Notes: generated by a model from the letters alone, not told the origin. 64,000 nucleotides of DNA from Dehalococcoidia bacterium (GCA_046498265.1 JAWOBB010000041.1:18362-82361); one strand, 5' to 3'. Shown: positions 53,196-62,792, counted from the stretch's first letter. Program-made: numbers and translations.

Positions 53196-54398
53196 ATGAA
53201 AGCGGTTATCCTTGCCGCCGGCGAGGGGAAAAGGATGAATCCCCTTACTTATACCAGGCCGAAGGTCATGGTACCCCTGGCCGGCAAGCCCATACTGGAA
53301 CACTTAATTTTGGAAATGAAGCAGGCCGGGATCAGCGAATTCATCCTCATTGTCGGCTACTTCGACGAATCGATACGCGACTACTTCGGTGATGGCAGAC
53401 GCCTGGGAGTCAACATCGAATATCACACGCAGCGCAAGCAACTCGGCACCGCCGATGCTATCAGGGATATCGATAAACTGATTCAGGGCAGCTTCCTGCT
53501 GGCCAACGGCGATGCCCTAATCCAAAGCAATGACATTAAAAAAATCTGCGTCCAGAATCAGCCTGCCATGGGCCTGATAGAAATGGTCGATACCACCGAT
53601 ATGGGAGTGGTGGAAATACAGGATAACAAAGTGGTGCAAATCCACGAAAAGCTCATCAGTCCACCTTCAAATCTGGTTAATGCCGGCATATACCTGCTCA
53701 ACCAGGAGATTTTCCCGGCTATCGCTGAGACAAATCCCTCTCCCCGGGGGGAATATGAACTCACGGACACCCTCCAGATACTGCTTGATAGAGGCACTCC
53801 AATTGCGGCTGAGATGATAGGCTCATGGCTCAACATCACCTATCCCTGGGATATGCTGGAGGCAAACGAGCAATTACTTTCCGGAATAGAAGCGGCCAAT
53901 CACGGCACCGTCGAGGAGAACGCTGTTCTGCGTGGTCCCGTCTCGATAGGAGAGGGAACCGTCATCCGGGCCGGCTCTTACGTCGTGGGGCCGGTGATTG
54001 TGGGGGAAAACTGCGAAATCGGGCCTAACTGCTACATCCGGCCCAGCACCGCTATAGGCAACAACTGCCACATCGGCAGTGCCGTGGAGGTAAAAAACTC
54101 CATCATAATGGACAACAGCAAAGTTCCACATCATAACTACGTTGGCGACAGCATTATCGGGGAAGATTGCAATTTCGGCGCCGGCACCAAGGTCGCCAAC
54201 CTGAAACTGGATAAGAAAACCATATCCGTCGGCAGGATCGAAACCGGACGGCGCAAGCTGGGCGTCATCATGGGCGACAGGGTACAGACCGGGATCAATT
54301 CCTGCCTCAATATCGGTTGCAGCATTGGAAACGACAGCATTATCGGACCCGGCATGACGGCCAAAGGGGTTATCAAACCAAGGGCAAAGATTTTCTAA
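53196..54398 (+). CDS. Bifunctional sugar-1-phosphate nucleotidylyltransferase / left-handed-beta-helix acyltransferase (archaeal-type GlmU-like), paralogue 1
   Basis: N-terminus MKAVILAAGEGKRMNPLTYTRPKVMVPLAGKPILEH (NTP-transferase G-x-G-x-R motif) and C-terminal hexapeptide repeats. Confidence 0.8.
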   Translation: MKAVILAAGEGKRMNPLTYTRPKVMVPLAGKPILEHLILEMKQAGISEFILIVGYFDESIRDYFGDGRRLGVNIEYHTQRKQLGTADAIRDIDKLIQGSFLLANGDALIQSNDIKKICVQNQPAMGLIEMVDTTDMGVVEIQDNKVVQIHEKLISPPSNLVNAGIYLLNQEIFPAIAETNPSPRGEYELTDTLQILLDRGTPIAAEMIGSWLNITYPWDMLEANEQLLSGIEAANHGTVEENAVLRGPVSIGEGTVIRAGSYVVGPVIVGENCEIGPNCYIRPSTAIGNNCHIGSAVEVKNSIIMDNSKVPHHNYVGDSIIGEDCNFGAGTKVANLKLDKKTISVGRIETGRRKLGVIMGDRVQTGINSCLNIGCSIGNDSIIGPGMTAKGVIKPRAKIF

Positions 54399-54454
54399 GG
54401 TGAACAATCACACCCGATGAGTGTAATGCTACTTGCTCCAGGAGGGGAGGTAAT

Positions 54455-55639
54455 TTGGAACGGATAACTCAGGCAATCGTTCTGGCTGCGGGGGAAGGCC
54501 AAAGGCTGAAGCCGTTGACGGTGTTCATGCCCAAGGTGATGCTGCCCATCGCCGATAAGCCCATTCTTCAATATGTGGTCGAAGCCCTGGCGGAGAACGG
54601 AATACGCCGCATAGTCATGGTAGTGGGTTACCGCAGAGAACAGGTACAGGATCACTTCGGGTCGGGGCAGGAATTCGGGGTGGACATCGAATACGTCATT
54701 CAGAATCAGCAGATCGGCACCGCCCATGCCTTAAAACAGGCCGAATCAGCCGCTGATGACACATTCCTCCTTGTCTCCGGCGATAACATGATCAGTGCCG
54801 ACACCATCGCCCCGCTCGTAAATACCACCTCCCCCACGGTGCTCATAAAAGCCCATGGGGATATATCCAGATACGGGGTAGTGATTGTTCACAACGGCCT
54901 CCTGAGAGAGATCGTGGAGAAACCACCGGAAAAGTTGAGCGGTCTGATAAATACCGGGACATACGTCTTCAACAGGGAAATCTTTGATTTCATAGAAGAT
55001 GAGGTCAGGTTGAATGTGGTTATCCAGAAAATGATCGATAAAGGGCGCGAGATCGCTACGCTCGAGACAGAGGGGTTCTGGCAGGACGTGGTCTACCCCT
55101 GGGACATCATTACACTGAATGGCTCCTGCCTGAGCCAGATTTCACCCAGCCTGGGAGGCACCATCGAAGAGGGCTCCCGAATAAACGGGCTGGTCTCAAT
55201 AGGAGACGGCACCATCATCAGGTCGAATTGCTATATCGTGGGGCCGGCTATCATCGGGGAAGATTGCGAAATCGGGCCCAATGTGTGTATCTTCCCGTCG
55301 ACAAGTATCAGAAACGGAGTAACCATAGCCCCCTTCACCGTGATATCGAACAGCTGCATCGGCAACAATATCTCCATTGGAGCAGGCTCCTCAATCAACG
55401 ACTCCATCATCTACTGGGGAACGCTCATAGGCAGTCACTTCGCCGCCCGAAGCAGCGAAGGCACAGTGAAGATCGATAATGAGTATCACCAGGTAAAGAT
55501 GGGCACCATAATCGGCAGCTACTGCGAATTCGGAGACAGCGTGACAGTCGAACCCGGGACCATAATCGGCAATCACTGCCTCATAAAGCCGATGAAGTTG
55601 ATAGGAGAAAACATCCCCGATAACGGGCTGGTGGTATGA
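54455..55639 (+). CDS. Archaeal-type GlmU-like nucleotidylyltransferase / LbH acyltransferase, paralogue 2
   Basis: N-terminus AIVLAAGEGQRLKPLTVFMPKVMLPIADKPILQY and C-terminal LbH repeats; about 35-40% identity to the upstream paralogue by eye. Confidence 0.8.
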   Translation: MERITQAIVLAAGEGQRLKPLTVFMPKVMLPIADKPILQYVVEALAENGIRRIVMVVGYRREQVQDHFGSGQEFGVDIEYVIQNQQIGTAHALKQAESAADDTFLLVSGDNMISADTIAPLVNTTSPTVLIKAHGDISRYGVVIVHNGLLREIVEKPPEKLSGLINTGTYVFNREIFDFIEDEVRLNVVIQKMIDKGREIATLETEGFWQDVVYPWDIITLNGSCLSQISPSLGGTIEEGSRINGLVSIGDGTIIRSNCYIVGPAIIGEDCEIGPNVCIFPSTSIRNGVTIAPFTVISNSCIGNNISIGAGSSINDSIIYWGTLIGSHFAARSSEGTVKIDNEYHQVKMGTIIGSYCEFGDSVTVEPGTIIGNHCLIKPMKLIGENIPDNGLVV

Positions 55640-55643
55640 ACTG

Positions 55644-57431
55644 ATGTGCGGCATCGTCGGCTACGTGGGCTACCGGGAGGCCCGGCCAATCCTTCTCGAT
55701 TCCCTGAAGCGGATGGAATACCGGGGATACGATTCCTGCGGTATCGCCATCTCCGCCGACAGCGAGCTCGAGCTCCATAAAGGGGTGGGACGCGTGGTGG
55801 ATTTCGAGCAAACCATCCCTGAAATACAGGGCACCATCGGCATCGGGCATACCAGGTGGGCAACCCATGGCGAAGTCACTGCGGATAACGCCCATCCTCA
55901 TACCGATTGCGACGGCAAAATCGCCGTGGTCCACAACGGGGTGATTGAGAACTTCCAGGGACTGCGAGAACAACTGACCAATGACGGGCATCGCTTCAAC
56001 TCCGACACGGATACCGAGGTCATCGCCCACCTGATTGAAAAATACTACCGCGGGAATTTGAAGGAAGCTGTCAGCGAAGCTTTAAAAGAGGTTGCGGGGA
56101 CCTACGCTATCGTGGCCACGGCCGAAGGGTGCCGGGAACTCGTGGCCGCCCGGAAGGAAAGCCCTCTGGTTATCGGCATAGGGGATAAGGAAAACTTCGT
56201 CGCTTCGGATGTAGCCGCCATACTTGATTACACCGACAGGGCGATTTACCTGGAAGATGATGACCTCGCCATAGTAACGGAGAACGATATTGCCATCACC
56301 AGTAACGGCGAGCCGTTACAAAGGGAGGTACAGATAGTGCCCTGGACCGTTGACGAGGCTAAAAAGGCCGGGTACGAACATTTCATGCTCAAGGAAATAC
56401 ACGAGCAGCCCAGGGCCATCGAGAAGACCCTCCGGGGGCGAATCTCATCGATTGAGCCCATGACTCAACTTGGAATCGAGGAGGCAGGCCAGCTCGAAAA
56501 ACTGCTTCTGCTGGCCTGCGGCACTTCATATCACGCCGCCCTGATAGGAGAATATGTCATCGGCAGGCTCTGCCACATACCCGTAAACTCGAAGATCAGC
56601 TCGGAATTCCACCATGTCGAGATGGCGCTGGACAGGACCTGGGCGATGGGTATCAGCCAGTCCGGTGAGACCGCCGATACCCTGGGGGCCCTTAAAAAAG
56701 CCAAGGCGCTGGGATGCCCCACCCTGGGAATCACCAACGTCAGGGGAAGCACCATCACCCGTCTGGTGGACGAAGTTCTCTATACCGAATCAGGACCCGA
56801 AATAGGCGTGGCGGCCACCAAGACTTTCCTTACTCAACTGGCTACACTTTATCTGTTCGCCCTCTCCCACGCCTCCCTGGACCAGCAGGCCTTCGAAAGT
56901 TTTACGGAAGAGTTTCGCCTGCTTCCCGCCAGCATACAGCAGGTTCTCGACTCCGAAAGCGAGATTGCCTCCCAGGGAAGGGCCCTGGCCAGATACGACA
57001 ACGCCTTTTTCATCGGGCGGGGGGTCAGCTTTCCGGTAGCCATGGAAGGAGCCTTAAAGCTGAAGGAAATTTCTTATATCCATGCGGAGGCCTACCCCGG
57101 CGGCGAGATCAAGCACGGGCCCTTCGCCCTGCTGCGCAGCAACACCCCGGTGGTTGCCGTGACCGCCCCCGACGATACCTACGAGCCGATGCTCACCAGC
57201 ATCAAGGAAATCAAAGCCAGGGGACCGCAGGTCCTCGCCGTAGCCGAGAGGGAAGACGACATAATCGAGCAATATGTCGATACAGTAATAAGGGTGCCGA
57301 AAGTCGACCCGCTGTTCTCGCCTTTCGTAAACACAGTCGCTTTGCAATTACTGGCCTATTATGCCGCCAGGGAGAGGGGTTGCCCCATCGACCTCCCGGC
57401 CAATTTAGCCAAGAGTGTTACCGTGCCGTAG
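55644..57431 (+). CDS. glmS: Glutamine--fructose-6-phosphate aminotransferase
   Basis: MCGIVGYVGY N-terminal nucleophile and two SIS domains. Confidence 0.95.
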   Translation: MCGIVGYVGYREARPILLDSLKRMEYRGYDSCGIAISADSELELHKGVGRVVDFEQTIPEIQGTIGIGHTRWATHGEVTADNAHPHTDCDGKIAVVHNGVIENFQGLREQLTNDGHRFNSDTDTEVIAHLIEKYYRGNLKEAVSEALKEVAGTYAIVATAEGCRELVAARKESPLVIGIGDKENFVASDVAAILDYTDRAIYLEDDDLAIVTENDIAITSNGEPLQREVQIVPWTVDEAKKAGYEHFMLKEIHEQPRAIEKTLRGRISSIEPMTQLGIEEAGQLEKLLLLACGTSYHAALIGEYVIGRLCHIPVNSKISSEFHHVEMALDRTWAMGISQSGETADTLGALKKAKALGCPTLGITNVRGSTITRLVDEVLYTESGPEIGVAATKTFLTQLATLYLFALSHASLDQQAFESFTEEFRLLPASIQQVLDSESEIASQGRALARYDNAFFIGRGVSFPVAMEGALKLKEISYIHAEAYPGGEIKHGPFALLRSNTPVVAVTAPDDTYEPMLTSIKEIKARGPQVLAVAEREDDIIEQYVDTVIRVPKVDPLFSPFVNTVALQLLAYYAARERGCPIDLPANLAKSVTVP

Positions 57432-58776
57432 AGGATATCCCTTCCTCAACCAGCTTCATCCCCGCTTCAACTAATTTTTGAACCTCTTCCTTGCCAGTCG
57501 CTTCCGCCATCACCCGGATCGCCGGCTCGGTCCCGCTGGGACGAATCAGCACCCATGAATCGGCAAAATCGAGCCGCACCCCGTCGAGGGAGTTCAACTC
57601 TTTCGGATCAAGCCTCCGGGCACCCGCTGTGATTTTCTCCATGGCCGCTTCCTTCAACTCATCGGGACAGGCGACCTTCCTCTTATCTGCATAAAAGCGG
57701 GGGAACCGGCCCAGGAAATCTCTGATCTCCTCAGGGGATTCGATCTCGCTGAGCAGGGTCAGGGCGGCCAGCATCGATTCCGGGTAGCAGCCCATTCGGG
57801 GCATGATGTAAACCCCCACATCCTCAACGCCGATGGCGGCTTCATTTTCCCTGACCAGGTGAGCCAGATAAACGTCGCCCACCTTCCCCCGGACCACCCC
57901 GGCACCCACCTCTTCGAGCACCAGGTCGAGCAGCTTCCCCACCTCGATGGTGGCCGCCACCGTCCTGTTGCCGCTCTCCTTGACCATCAGCCGGGAGATA
58001 AAGCTCACCATCTCCGTGAACCCCAGAAAGCCTTCCCTATCGGCAAAAACCACCCGGTCCGCATCGCCGTCGAAGCAAACCGCCAGGTCGGCCCCCTTCT
58101 CTCTCAGGAACTCAATCGTGCCCTCAAGTGTCTGGCCGGTAGGCTCCGAGGGCCTGCCGGGGAAATTGCCGTCCGGCTCGTCGTTCAAGGGTAATATATT
58201 GAGTCCCAGGCGGGAAAACAGGCCGCTGGCAAAACCGGCGGCCGCCCCGTTGCCGGGATCGACCACTATCTTCAAATCCCGATTGAATTTTTGTTGCGAG
58301 AAAATATCGAGCAGTCGCTGCCGATACACCTCTGCCGCCGCCTCATCCGTGTGTACGCTCCCCTCAACGGGTGAACCCCGGAACTCTTTTTGCCGGTAGA
58401 CCGCCTCGATGGCGTCCTCCTGGGCTACGCTGTAGCCGATGGTATCGGCATTGAACACCTTTATGCCGTTGTACTCGGGGGGATTGTGTGAGGCGGTGAC
58501 CATCAGCCCGGCACTGAAGTTCATCTCCCGGGTCAGGAAAGCAAGAGCAGGCGTGGGCAGAATCCCCAGATGGGTCACGTCGATTCCCGCCGAAATCAGC
58601 CCGGCGGTGACCTCGTCCCTGACCATCTCCCGGCTGAGCCGGGCGTCGGTAGCGATACAGACCCGGGATTTCTCAGCCAGCGTGCTGCCCAGGGCCTGAC
58701 CCACCTGGCGACAAAACTGGGGTGTGAGCAAATCCCCCACCACCCCCCGGATTCCGCTGGTGCCGAACAATCGCAT
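57418..58776 (-). CDS. glmM: Phosphoglucosamine mutase / phosphomannomutase (alpha-D-phosphohexomutase family)
   Basis: Phosphoserine loop TASHNPPEYNGIKV and metal-binding FDGDADR; convergent with glmS, overlapping it by 14 nt. Confidence 0.8.
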   Translation of the reverse strand: MRLFGTSGIRGVVGDLLTPQFCRQVGQALGSTLAEKSRVCIATDARLSREMVRDEVTAGLISAGIDVTHLGILPTPALAFLTREMNFSAGLMVTASHNPPEYNGIKVFNADTIGYSVAQEDAIEAVYRQKEFRGSPVEGSVHTDEAAAEVYRQRLLDIFSQQKFNRDLKIVVDPGNGAAAGFASGLFSRLGLNILPLNDEPDGNFPGRPSEPTGQTLEGTIEFLREKGADLAVCFDGDADRVVFADREGFLGFTEMVSFISRLMVKESGNRTVAATIEVGKLLDLVLEEVGAGVVRGKVGDVYLAHLVRENEAAIGVEDVGVYIMPRMGCYPESMLAALTLLSEIESPEEIRDFLGRFPRFYADKRKVACPDELKEAAMEKITAGARRLDPKELNSLDGVRLDFADSWVLIRPSGTEPAIRVMAEATGKEEVQKLVEAGMKLVEEGISSTAR

Positions 58777-58791
58777 ATCGAGTCCCTTTTG

Positions 58792-59298
58792 CTACGGGGT
58801 TGCGGCGTACTGCGGCGTGCCCCGGAACGCCAGCTGAGCACTGGGAATATCCTTGCGTTCCCAGCTCTCGTGGAAGAGCTGCCGGCAGATGACGGATTTC
58901 ATCTTCCATTTTCCATCGATCTTGACATACTCCTCGTGGTAAATGCCCCCGACGCGCTGGGCCCGGTCGCCCTTTTTATCGATGAGGAAATTGTACAGCG
59001 CCCACGTGCCCCGGGCCGTGGTCTGGCTGGTGAGCTCGATTTCGGGTTGATGGGCATGATGGACGGCCACGATATCGTCGATCAGACCCATCCGGAAAAA
59101 CTGCATGGTGGCTTCCTTGCCGTCGGTCTTTATCTCATCGTTGAAATAGCTGGTTTTGACATCGTCGGTAAAGCAGTCCTCCATCTTATCCCAGAGCTTG
59201 CCGTCGAGGCAGCGCGAATATGTGCTCTTGAGCTTCTTGATAGCTTCGATGTCCTCCAGCGCCCCGATTCTCGCTTCCAGTTCAGCCAGGTCCGACAT
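58792..59298 (-). CDS. SnoaL-like / NTF2-like domain protein
   Basis: 168 aa; loose match to the SnoaL_2/DUF4440 cone-shaped fold. Confidence 0.5.
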   Translation of the reverse strand: MSDLAELEARIGALEDIEAIKKLKSTYSRCLDGKLWDKMEDCFTDDVKTSYFNDEIKTDGKEATMQFFRMGLIDDIVAVHHAHQPEIELTSQTTARGTWALYNFLIDKKGDRAQRVGGIYHEEYVKIDGKWKMKSVICRQLFHESWERKDIPSAQLAFRGTPQYAATP

Positions 59299-59765
59299 GG
59301 TACCACCTCCTTTTTTAAATTAACGTTAGTAAAATACTGGTGAGAACCCTTTCATTCACGAGGAGGGAATATTGTGAGAAATCATATTTCAGAAGCGGTG
59401 TCCCCTCATTGAAACATCCAGAGCTTCCTGTATAATACCATCATCGCCAATAAAAGTCTTGTTCAACCAAGTTCGGGGTTGGTACCATACCGCCACGGCG
59501 TTGCCGCTGCTGTCTACGGCTACCTGCGGGCTGTAAGAGCCCCAGCGTATCCTGACCATGGATCAAGCCTATAGACTCTCGACTAAAGATTTTTCCTGTT
59601 CCTGCGGTCCTCCGTGGGAACCAGTCCCCCACTCTCCGATTCCCCCATTCTCCCGTTCTCCCGACCCCTGCCCCCCAGTTGCCAGCTATCAGCGGTCAGT
59701 CATCAGTTCCCCCGATCCCTGACCCCCGTATCAACCAATAACCAGGGAGCCAAGTAACAAACAAA

Positions 59766-59810
59766 TGTAAACCTCCCTGTTTTAGTACCAGTCTAAATTA
59801 AAGGAGGTCA
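59766..59810. repeat. 45-bp perfect direct repeat, copy 1 (tgtaaacctccctgttttagtaccagtctaaattaaaggaggtca)
   Basis: Identical to 61463..61507. Contains a nested inverted repeat (cctcc...ggagg around tttag...ctaaa). The two copies bracket the low-GC two-gene module. Confidence 0.85.
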
Positions 59811-59829
59811 TTAGATAAAAAGTTTAATT

Positions 59830-60927
59830 TTAGCTTTTGTCACCCAGTTCTTTGAATATTTGATCAAAAGGTGTCAATGGCTGATATAAAGGCATTTCCT
59901 GAATTTGTGCCTTGACTTGATTCAAAATCATTAAGATTTCAAAGGCTGCTTCAAAAGAGAGTATACCATCACTCAAGGTTACATCAATTTCTTTGATGGC
60001 TTTCTTGATGAAGATCTCGACATGTTGTGGGTTGAGATGGCCATACTCTTTGCGGTTATCTTGAGAATCAAATATTTCGAATTCATCCTTCAAAAAATCA
60101 AGCTGAATACGCCCTCGCGAACCACAGATATTCATAGCTTTGGTGTCACTAGCCACGTATTTGCCCATAATAGCTCGAACTGGCAAATCACCAATTGTAA
60201 AATCCAGCAAGGCAAATGTTTCTCCGCAAATTGGGCATCCAACATATTGTGCCACCTTTACCTTGTCAAGTTTTATCCGTTGAAAACTTAGTTTGGGTAC
60301 GGTTGAGTCTCCTTCAACAAGAACACCAACAATGGCTAGAATGTGGCAGAACAGGTCAAAGATTATTCCTTTGTCCAGACTTTGCTCCCGATGTGGTGGA
60401 ATACTAGACGATTCCAGAATAGAGAAGTCTATTGATTTTAATTCACCTATTTCCCGAAGGCATTCTCTCTTTAGCCGTAAAAAAGGCCATGCTCTAGCAA
60501 GATAGTGATCAAAAGCAAATACGGTGTTCCGCTTTTGTTCTCTCTCAATCTTCTCTTTCAATGCTAGTGCCGATAACACAGAGACGTCAAGGGGCTTCTC
60601 AACAAAAATATTTCCTCTAGGATCTATATGATCGAGCCAGTAACTAGCCACAGAGGAATGGTATCGGTCAGGTGTCACAACAAAAACATGAGTTATATCG
60701 GAGGTATCGCTGTGTTGTCTATCATTTTTGTTGATATAGCGCACACTCCTGGAATGAGCCAGCACATGCCACAATTTTTTGATGTACGGGTCACCCAACC
60801 GTATCTCAGGCTCGATGCCTATTGCCAGAAGTTCGGTTTTCCCTTCCTGGACACTCTCCAATAAGGTAGGGAGATAATGCAGTTGGGCCCATTCCGTGTT
60901 GCAGCCTTCAAGGATTATCTTTTTCAT
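59830..60927 (-). CDS. Gfo/Idh/MocA-like oxidoreductase-fold protein with degenerate dinucleotide-binding motif
   Basis: Track ORF is 59830..60966; start moved to MKKIILEG. HVFVVTPDRYHSSVASYWLDHIDPRGNIFVEKPLDVSVLSALAL matches the Gfo/Idh/MocA signature, but the GxGxxG is replaced by LEGCNTE. About 40% GC versus about 58% in flanking DNA. Confidence 0.45.
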   Translation of the reverse strand: MKKIILEGCNTEWAQLHYLPTLLESVQEGKTELLAIGIEPEIRLGDPYIKKLWHVLAHSRSVRYINKNDRQHSDTSDITHVFVVTPDRYHSSVASYWLDHIDPRGNIFVEKPLDVSVLSALALKEKIEREQKRNTVFAFDHYLARAWPFLRLKRECLREIGELKSIDFSILESSSIPPHREQSLDKGIIFDLFCHILAIVGVLVEGDSTVPKLSFQRIKLDKVKVAQYVGCPICGETFALLDFTIGDLPVRAIMGKYVASDTKAMNICGSRGRIQLDFLKDEFEIFDSQDNRKEYGHLNPQHVEIFIKKAIKEIDVTLSDGILSFEAAFEILMILNQVKAQIQEMPLYQPLTPFDQIFKELGDKS

Positions 60928-60931
60928 TAGA

Positions 60932-61459
60932 TTAAATAGGAAATTCCCAGTCCCATATTTGTTCACCTAAGATTGTAACGAATAATCCCGCAAAAACAAG
61001 GAAAGTAAATAGATAGAATCCGAGAATCCATCTGAAGGTAGCTCTATTCACTAGCCAGTTTCTTAGTGATGATCCATCTGTATCCATTTTAATCTTCCTA
61101 GGGAATCCCAAATCCGCAGATTTCAAAGTTTCCGGGAAATCGCCCCTAACTTGCATTTCCTCTAGCGTATCTCTGATTCCCAATTCTCTGGATAGGAACC
61201 TAAGTAATTTTTCAGTACCGTCTCGATAATAGGTATCTTTGGCCACAGAAATACTAATCACTAATGAGAAATATGCTCCTATAAATAGCAAACAAAGCTT
61301 CACAGCCCACAACTCTTCCCCAACTGTCCCTAATGCAATGCCTACTAGTCCAAACAAAACTCCTGATGCGCCAAGTTTATCAAGCACGTATTTATCTCGT
61401 AAACACCAATCTTCGTAAAGTAATTCGTACTCGATTTTTTTAATTTTCTCTTTATCCAT
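60932..61459 (-). CDS. Hypothetical integral membrane protein
   Basis: 175 aa, about 4 TM helices, low GC. ATG preceded by GGGAGG contributed by the 45-bp repeat. Confidence 0.5.
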   Translation of the reverse strand: MDKEKIKKIEYELLYEDWCLRDKYVLDKLGASGVLFGLVGIALGTVGEELWAVKLCLLFIGAYFSLVISISVAKDTYYRDGTEKLLRFLSRELGIRDTLEEMQVRGDFPETLKSADLGFPRKIKMDTDGSSLRNWLVNRATFRWILGFYLFTFLVFAGLFVTILGEQIWDWEFPI

Positions 61460-61462
61460 TTT

Positions 61463-61507
61463 TGTAAACCTCCCTGTTTTAGTACCAGTCTAAATTAAAG
61501 GAGGTCA
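61463..61507. repeat. 45-bp perfect direct repeat, copy 2
   Basis: Identical to 59766..59810; here it supplies the SD for the 175-aa gene. Confidence 0.85.
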
Positions 61508-61674
61508 AGCCAGCCTATCCCAGGCCTCATGGTACTTCCTGACCCTGTCGATATCTTTGTCGGTGAGGGTTGGAAGCCGGGAAATATTCAGATTGTCTTC
61601 GATATCGGCTTTCTTGACCTTGACGGCCAGATCGTTCGTCTTCACCCGGTCGATGAATTCGAAATTAGAGACAG

Positions 61675-62022
61675 TTACTCTTCTTCACGAACGATATCAC
61701 CTTCGCAAAGGTCAAAAATCAAAGAATGGGCTTCGATATCAAACCACTTTTTGAAGGTGGCATAATCCCGTTTTTTCGGCCACATGCTTTCGTCGGTGCA
61801 CCATCCCCAAAGTTCGTTCTCAAAGATTTCTTCGTAGACACCCTTTAGAACTTTAAGGTGACCGTCTATTTCCTCATAACTCTTAACGAGGTATACGCTA
61901 TGATCGTCCTGAATTTCGGCCAGCGTGATATCACCATCCCCGTCATCTTCGGTGGAATTAACCCAATCCAGGAAGGGCTGTTTCGGCTTTATGACGACTA
62001 CTGCGCGATCAATTGTATACAT
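61675..62022 (-). CDS. Hypothetical protein (acidic, W-rich)
   Basis: 115-aa ORF with low GC. It is followed at 61506..61640 by a 45-codon open frame with no start codon (VKTNDLAVKVKKADIEDNLNISRLPTLTDKDIDRVRKYHEAWDRLA), a likely gene remnant. Confidence 0.4.
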   Translation of the reverse strand: MYTIDRAVVVIKPKQPFLDWVNSTEDDGDGDITLAEIQDDHSVYLVKSYEEIDGHLKVLKGVYEEIFENELWGWCTDESMWPKKRDYATFKKWFDIEAHSLIFDLCEGDIVREEE

Positions 62023-62146
62023 GTTTCACCGGGAATTAAACTGTTGGTCTGTCCGGAACTCAGTAGCTTAGTCGGAATAAAAGTGGGGTTTGGTGGCGAA
62101 GGTGCGCATGATGCTGACTACTTCGGCACCGGAGAGCCGCTTCAGT

Positions 62147-62374
62147 TTAGGGGACACCTGCCGGCTCCAGTTCGAAAGTAACCAGGAGAGAGGGATTAGG
62201 AGCCAAACCGAATTCGGCCAAGTCTTCACCTTCCAGGTGCAGGCCAACGGCCTCCTGCAAATTATGCATCGTTTTGTCTAGTGTTTTACCCTGGGTCACC
62301 ACAGCAATATCCATGCACTCGGCAATATAATATTCTTCACCTTTGTATACAAACGCTTTAATTGAATGGCGCAT
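62147..62374 (-). CDS. hicB: HicB-family antitoxin (UPF0150), apparently orphan
   Basis: YKGEEYYIAECMDIAVVTQGKTLDKTMHNLQEAVGLHLEGE is the HicB N-terminal domain signature. GGGAGG RBS present. Just downstream and overlapping (about 62068..62157, another frame) is a 29-codon HicA-like remnant (VSPKLKRLSGAEVVSIMRTFATKPHFYSD*). Confidence 0.7.
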   Translation of the reverse strand: MRHSIKAFVYKGEEYYIAECMDIAVVTQGKTLDKTMHNLQEAVGLHLEGEDLAEFGLAPNPSLLVTFELEPAGVP

Positions 62375-62567
62375 GCTGCCCTCCCGCTATGTCGTCAATT
62401 CCACAAATTTCCGGGCGATAGAGCCGTCTTTTCCGTTCCTCTATTTTATCCCATGTTTGCCGGTTACTCAATCAGTTCTCCCGACCCCTGCCCCCTGAAC
62501 CACGATCAATAATTATGTAGGGTATGACGTTAATTCGTGGGGTCCGGTTCAGGCATTACATCTTAAC

Positions 62568-62792
62568 CTATTTTAATTGCAGGAATTCTTCAATTGTCAA
62601 ACCAATGTCTTTGACAATCTGACGTAGCAGTATTGGTGAAATGTCTCTACCTTTGTGGAATGGGACAGTAGTTCGCCGTCCATCCGGGTGATTGAACTGT
62701 TTGTGAGAACCTCGTTGGCGAGTCTCTTTGAATCCAGCGGTGACTAATCTGGTTACTACTTCCTGTGGTTTGAGGGCTGGTACATTGCCCAT
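62568..62792 (-). CDS. hicA: HicA-family mRNA interferase toxin
   Basis: 74 aa; LKPQEVVTRLVTAGFKETRQRGSHKQFNHPDGRRTTVPFHKGRDISPILLRQIVKDIGL is the YcfA/HicA fold signature. 3 nt downstream of hicB. Confidence 0.8.
   Translation of the reverse strand: MGNVPALKPQEVVTRLVTAGFKETRQRGSHKQFNHPDGRRTTVPFHKGRDISPILLRQIVKDIGLTIEEFLQLK

Noticed and set aside
59441-59632. 63-aa minus-strand ORF in the SnoaL / cassette intergenic region
   Set aside because: Arg/Gln-rich low-complexity translation of repeat DNA with no RBS.
59600-59760. CRISPR array suspected from recurring C-rich motifs (ctcccgacccctgcccc, ccgatccctgacccc)
   Set aside because: The motifs are not regularly spaced repeats with unique spacers, occur only 2-3 times at kb distances, and no cas genes are present. 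They are treated instead as cassette-boundary repeats.
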